64,000 nt of DNA from an uncultured Acidobacteriota bacterium (GTDB lineage: Bacteria > Acidobacteriota > Thermoanaerobaculia > UBA5066). Shown in pieces: positions 59,629 through 64,000 of the stretch (the first letter of the stretch is position 1; each line of letters opens with the position of its first letter). The notes under the pieces were generated by a model that worked only from the letters and a program-made list of their open reading frames with translations, was not told the DNA's origin and searched no databases. The DNA lies in contig CAVZYA010000001.1 of the NCBI GenBank assembly GCA_963779415.1, forward strand, positions 320,001 through 384,000, given 5' to 3'. A program made the translations under genes and the position numbers.

Positions 59629-59823
59629 TCACCGCTCCTTCCGGATCCCCGCCGCCTTCAGTATTGCGTGGCAGGTTCCCGATGGGATCTCCTTCGCCCC
59701 ATGAAAGTCTACGCGAACGATTCGTTCATGGCCCGTTTTCGCGTAGTACCGGACCGAGCCCTTCTCCCGGATCACGCGAAAGCCGTTCGCCTCCAGCAGC
59801 TGAACCAGCTCGCTGAATCTCAC
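59629..59823 (-). CDS. hicA: HicA family toxin
   Basis: ELVQLLEANGF..REKGS..VDFHGAKEIPSGT..ILKAAG. Confidence 0.85.
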   Translation of the reverse strand: MRFSELVQLLEANGFRVIREKGSVRYYAKTGHERIVRVDFHGAKEIPSGTCHAILKAAGIRKER

Positions 59824-59872
59824 CGCCTGATTATCGAGGAGCCTAAGTCCCGAGGAGAAGGATCACGAAAGA

Positions 59873-60817
59873 TCACACCGGGGCTGGCACCACCGCATCC
59901 GCCGGCGGGACTTCCCACGGGACGGGGACGTAGATGGGCGGCGTCAGCTCGTCCCGCCGGACCTCATCGAACCGGATGAGGCTGGCCCAGAACCCGATGC
60001 GCGCCATTGCCGAGATGACGAACCCGATCTGCCGGACAAGGACGAGCCAGAGGACCCCGGCTCCCGTCTGCGGATTCATCCTCACACCGATGTTCGTGAA
60101 GAGCGCCTGGACGGCGACGGCGACGACGGTCCAGACGAGGGCGATCATGAGGACACGTCCCCGGGCCCCCCTCATCCGCTTCTTCGCGAGCTTGTATGCG
60201 CCGCGGGCGTTCCGGGCTTCGCTCCGTGCGAGAGCGATCCGGGCGAGATCGAATTTCAGCGAGACGAGGTAGAGAACGAGGATCCCCGCCACGAGGACCC
60301 ACAGCTCCCGCGTCGAGGCCCAGAAGGCGTTCGGCGGCTGGTTCTCGGCCAGCTTCTTGAAGAGCCGCGCCGGTGCCGCGACGAGAAGGCCCATCCAGAA
60401 CGCGAGCCCGATCAGGTAGCGGGCGCCGGCCCAGAGATTCGGCTTGAAGAGCGCCGCGGACTCGGCCACGACGCGCCGGAAGACCGGCCTCGGAATCCCC
60501 GTCATGAGGGTCCTGAAAACGCCCCCCGTCAGGAAGAACTGGATCAGGAGGGACGCCGTGAGGGTCGCGACGAGGAGCGCGTGGAGGAGTCCCCACTCCC
60601 CGGGATGGAGGAGATACCACGACAGCATCCCCCACGAGTCCCACCCCTTCAGGAGACCCTCCCGAAACGGACTCTCGTCGAAGAGCCGCGTGAGCCTGCC
60701 GAGCGGGGTGCAGACGAGGCCGGCCGGCACGGCGATGGCGAGCCAGAGGACGATCGCGAGCCGGCGGTGCGCGAAGGCGGCGTGGACGCCGGCGGCGAGA
60801 GGGCGTTCGTTCTTCAC
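59873..60817 (-). CDS. Multi-pass membrane hypothetical protein, translationally coupled to the M1 peptidase
   Basis: GTGA overlap with the upstream stop; about six hydrophobic segments. Confidence 0.7.
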   Translation of the reverse strand: MKNERPLAAGVHAAFAHRRLAIVLWLAIAVPAGLVCTPLGRLTRLFDESPFREGLLKGWDSWGMLSWYLLHPGEWGLLHALLVATLTASLLIQFFLTGGVFRTLMTGIPRPVFRRVVAESAALFKPNLWAGARYLIGLAFWMGLLVAAPARLFKKLAENQPPNAFWASTRELWVLVAGILVLYLVSLKFDLARIALARSEARNARGAYKLAKKRMRGARGRVLMIALVWTVVAVAVQALFTNIGVRMNPQTGAGVLWLVLVRQIGFVISAMARIGFWASLIRFDEVRRDELTPPIYVPVPWEVPPADAVVPAPV

Positions 60818-62889
60818 GGCAGGCTCCAAAGGCTCGAGAAGAGGATCTCGACGAGGTTCATCGCGTAGGCGCGGACCTTGGCGGAGGCCGAAGGCTCCTT
60901 CACCTTTCCGACGTTCCGGACGTTGTTGAAGGGGTCGCGGTCGAGGACGATCTTTCCTTCGGGATCGACGACGACCTGCGAGAGCTTTGAGACATACGTG
61001 GTCTTCAGCCGCAGCCACTTCGTCGTGCCGTCCCACGTCGTCCGGTACGTCTCGCCGTTCTCGAACCGGAGGAGGACGTCGACCGGGAGCGGGAGGTTTC
61101 CGGCGCGGCCGACGACGACGGTCGTCTCGTACGGTCGCTTGTCGTCCTTCTCCTTCGGCTCTTTTCTCTTCTTCTGTCCGGGCTCGAAGTCGACCGGCTT
61201 TTCGGCATCGTCGAAGCCGATGAAGCCGTCGTGTCGCTCGCTGACGGCCCGGAGGATGCGAAAATCGACCTCACCCGTGCCGTAGAACGTCTTGCGGACG
61301 AACTCCTCGAATTCCGGGATCCCGAGCGGGCGCATCTCGTCGATGAAGTCCTCGCTCGCCGGATGGTCGAACCGCCATCTCTCGGCGTATTTCCGGAAGG
61401 CGCGCCAGAACTTCTCTTCGCCGGCGAGGCGCCGGATCTGCTCCACGACGGTCGCGGCACGCGGGTAGGAGTTCCGGCCGTACGAGCCCGGGGTCGAGTA
61501 CTGCCAGGCCTTCGTGACGATCGGGTCGAAGTCGGGGGCGGAGACGATGGTCCGTTGCGTCTCTTCGTCCGTGATGCCGACGCCGAAGGGAGCCTCGAGG
61601 ACGTACCGGTATCTCCTGTCCATCATCACGGCTTCCGTGAACGAGTTGATCCCCTCGTCCATCCAGCTCTCCTCGAATTCGTTGGAGGCGAGGAGGCCGT
61701 ACCAGTAGCCGTGCCCGAACTCGTGGATGACGACCCCCTCCTGCGCGCGGACGCCCGTCAGCGGCCACCGCCCGAGCCACTTCGAGGTTCCCGCCGTATA
61801 GATCGTCTGGTACTCCATCCCGCCCGCCCCGAGGCCGTCTTCGGGGGGATCTACGATCGAGACCTGCTCGTAGGGGTAGGGGAAGGCCCAGAGGCCGAAC
61901 CACGCCAGCGCCCACTTCTGAGCGTCCTCGTACCGGGTCCACTGCGAGAGGTGGTCGGGCTGCATGTAGAAAGAGAGCTTCACCGGGTGGAAGCCCTTCA
62001 TCAGCTCCTCGCTCGTCCGGCCGAGGATCTTCGAGGCCCGCTCGATCTCTTCCTTCGGAACGTCCTTCGCGGGGTCGAAGAGCGACGTCTTGACGACGTA
62101 GCGCGGATCGGCCGTCCAGGCGAAGTCGTGAATCCGGCTCTGGACGAAGGTGAGCGTCTTCTTCCCGTTCGCCTTCTTCTCGGCGACCAGCGCACCCGCC
62201 GATCCGACGACGAACCGCTCGGGGAGGGTGATATCCACTTTGTAGTCGCCCCAGTCGGCGTAGAACTCGGAATTGGCGTGGTACTGGTGGCAGTTCCAGC
62301 CGGCCTCCGCGCGGCGGCGGGTCCCCTTCGGCTCGAGGACGCCGATCTTCGGGAACCACTGGCCGACGAAGTAGAACTCACGGACGTAGCCGGAACGGGC
62401 GAAGACCTTCGGAGCCTTCGCCTTCCAGGCGATCTCGAGCGTGATCGTCTCGCCGGGAGCGACGGGCCTCGGGAGCGTGACGGAGAGGACGGTCCGGTCG
62501 TCCGGATTCCCGTCGTCGGGGCTCTCGAACCGGAACCCTTTCGCGAGGTCCTGCCCATCCAGGGTCATCGAGGTGACATCGATGTAGCCCCAGCCGTCGG
62601 CAAGGTTCGCCCGGTCCCCACGGAGCTGACCGCCGGATTCCCTGAAGAAGGTCGACTCGTCGTTCCGAAAGGCATTCCAGTAGAGGTGGAACTTCAGCTC
62701 GGAGACCGGTATGTCGGCCGGGTTCGTCCACTTCAGCGTCTCCCGCCCGTCGAAGAGCTTCGTCTCGGGATCGAGGGAGACCCTGATGTCGTAGTCGACG
62801 ACCTTCCGGGGCGCTTCGAGAGCGAGGAGCCGGCCGGCCTGGAGAAGAACAGCGGCCGGAAGGATTGCCGCGAGGATGAAGCGTTTCAT
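60814..62889 (-). CDS. M1 family zinc metallopeptidase, secreted
   Basis: Signal peptide; GGMEY; HEFGH-x18-E (WMDEG). Confidence 0.93.
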   Translation of the reverse strand: MKRFILAAILPAAVLLQAGRLLALEAPRKVVDYDIRVSLDPETKLFDGRETLKWTNPADIPVSELKFHLYWNAFRNDESTFFRESGGQLRGDRANLADGWGYIDVTSMTLDGQDLAKGFRFESPDDGNPDDRTVLSVTLPRPVAPGETITLEIAWKAKAPKVFARSGYVREFYFVGQWFPKIGVLEPKGTRRRAEAGWNCHQYHANSEFYADWGDYKVDITLPERFVVGSAGALVAEKKANGKKTLTFVQSRIHDFAWTADPRYVVKTSLFDPAKDVPKEEIERASKILGRTSEELMKGFHPVKLSFYMQPDHLSQWTRYEDAQKWALAWFGLWAFPYPYEQVSIVDPPEDGLGAGGMEYQTIYTAGTSKWLGRWPLTGVRAQEGVVIHEFGHGYWYGLLASNEFEESWMDEGINSFTEAVMMDRRYRYVLEAPFGVGITDEETQRTIVSAPDFDPIVTKAWQYSTPGSYGRNSYPRAATVVEQIRRLAGEEKFWRAFRKYAERWRFDHPASEDFIDEMRPLGIPEFEEFVRKTFYGTGEVDFRILRAVSERHDGFIGFDDAEKPVDFEPGQKKRKEPKEKDDKRPYETTVVVGRAGNLPLPVDVLLRFENGETYRTTWDGTTKWLRLKTTYVSKLSQVVVDPEGKIVLDRDPFNNVRNVGKVKEPSASAKVRAYAMNLVEILFSSLWSLP

Positions 62890-63055
62890 GCGCAATTTCA
62901 GAGCCAGGGCCGGCCGACTATACGCTGGCCCCGACGTGGCGCCGCGAAGGATCCGCTTGAACGTCGCCCTCCGTGGCGGATACGCTAGGCGATTCGTGGA
63001 CCGTGATGAAGCCGATCCGGGACCGCCCGTGCGCGAGCGAGACGCGTCTCGCGAG

Positions 63056-64000
63056 GTGATTCCCGGGCGAATCTTCGTTACGGGCGGCTCAGGCTTCATC
63101 GGCGAGCGGCTGCTGGAGGCTCTCCTGAGGGAAGGGCGTTCTGTCCGGGCACTCTCGCACTCCGCCCGAAACCGAGGCCTCGCCGGCGGCCGACGGTTGG
63201 ATTGGGTGTCTGGCGACATCCTCGACCGCGAATCCCTTCGCCGTGGAATGGCGGGCTGCACGGAGGTCTTCCATCTGGCCGCCTATGCGAGGAACTGGGC
63301 GAAGGACCCGGCGGTCTACTCGCGGGTAAACGTCGACGGCGCCCGGAACGTCTTCGAGACGGCACGGGAGGCCGGCGTCCGGCGGATCGTCCATACCTCC
63401 ACCGTCGTCGTCTGCGGCCCGACGCCTCCCGGAGTGGTCGGCACCGAGGAGACGCCCCGGGCGACTCCCCGCTTCCTCACGAAGTACGAGGAGAGCAAGG
63501 CCGTCGCCGAGAAGGAAGCCCTGGGGCTGGCGTCGCGCGGTCTCCCGATCGTCGTCGTCGAGCCGACGCGCGTCTACGGACCAGGGAAACTGACAGAGGG
63601 CAACTCGGTCTCCATGATGATCGGCCAGTACGGCCGCGGCCGGTTTCCCTTCCTGCTCGACCGGGGCCGGAACGTCGGAAACTATGCCTTCGTGGACGAC
63701 CTCGTCGAGGGACACATCCTGGCGATGAAGAAGGGGGTCGTGGGGGAGCGTTACATTCTCGGAGGAGAGAACGCGTCCCTCGAACGGCTCTTCCGGATGG
63801 TGGACGAGCTGACGGACCGGAGGCACCGGCAGCTGAGCCTGACCCCCACTCTGGCGAGGCTCTTCGCCCGCCTCGAAGAGCGGAAGGCCGAGTGGCTCGG
63901 CCTCTACCCCAGCATCACGCCCGGGTGGGTGGAGACGTTCCTGAACGACTGGGCCTTCTCGAGCGCGAAGGCGGAACGCGACCTCGGCTACCGGGTCACG
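63056..64000 (+). CDS. NAD-dependent epimerase/dehydratase (extended SDR), 3'-truncated by the window edge
   Basis: IFVTGGSGFIG, FHLAA, HTST, YEESK, VYGPG; not in the ORF track because no stop falls in the window. Alternative start at 62996. Confidence 0.92.
   Translation, partial: MIPGRIFVTGGSGFIGERLLEALLREGRSVRALSHSARNRGLAGGRRLDWVSGDILDRESLRRGMAGCTEVFHLAAYARNWAKDPAVYSRVNVDGARNVFETAREAGVRRIVHTSTVVVCGPTPPGVVGTEETPRATPRFLTKYEESKAVAEKEALGLASRGLPIVVVEPTRVYGPGKLTEGNSVSMMIGQYGRGRFPFLLDRGRNVGNYAFVDDLVEGHILAMKKGVVGERYILGGENASLERLFRMVDELTDRRHRQLSLTPTLARLFARLEERKAEWLGLYPSITPGWVETFLNDWAFSSAKAERDLGYRVT

Noticed and set aside
59365-59880. Short AAGATCA repeats around hicAB as a target-site duplication
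   Set aside because: Only 7 bp and overlapping stop codons; not distinguishable from chance.
1-64000. CRISPR arrays, tRNA/rRNA genes, IS elements, prophage
   Set aside because: No regularly spaced repeats, structural RNA signatures, transposase, integrase or virion genes seen; intergenic gaps are mostly under 170 bp.

Overview
High-GC bacterial chromosomal segment of about 53 densely packed genes. The multidomain Ser/Thr kinases, the secreted repeat protein and the peptidase set suggest an Acidobacteriota (Thermoanaerobaculia-like) genome; this is inference. I found no rRNA, tRNA, CRISPR array, integrase or transposase. Most genes are housekeeping or catabolic (DegQ, S9/M1/M19/M20 peptidases, acyl-CoA dehydrogenase, ferritin, queD-surE-pcm-acyP, pckA), plus three type II toxin-antitoxin modules and three eukaryotic-like kinases. 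The top observation is one ~1200-aa ORF (6541-10137) fusing a PLP class I/II aminotransferase to a complete archaeal-type PEP carboxylase (PpcA) domain. It could route PEP + HCO3- to oxaloacetate to aspartate in one polypeptide, and an aminotransferase-pckA-aminotransferase operon for the reverse route lies in the same window. Other notable items: a GlnA paralog lacking the ammonium-site residues next to an M20 hydrolase; a lipoprotein glutamate-racemase homolog; an RND permease fused to TolC through an internal signal-peptide-like linker; a CHC2 zinc finger fused to a DnaB-like ATPase with no primase core; an archaeal-type GAPDH homolog; a TA islet flanked by a duplicated gene 3' end; and many apparently leaderless genes. 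A cluster of indels at 49.46-51.11 kb looks like sequencing error, so fusions and frameshifts should be checked against reads.
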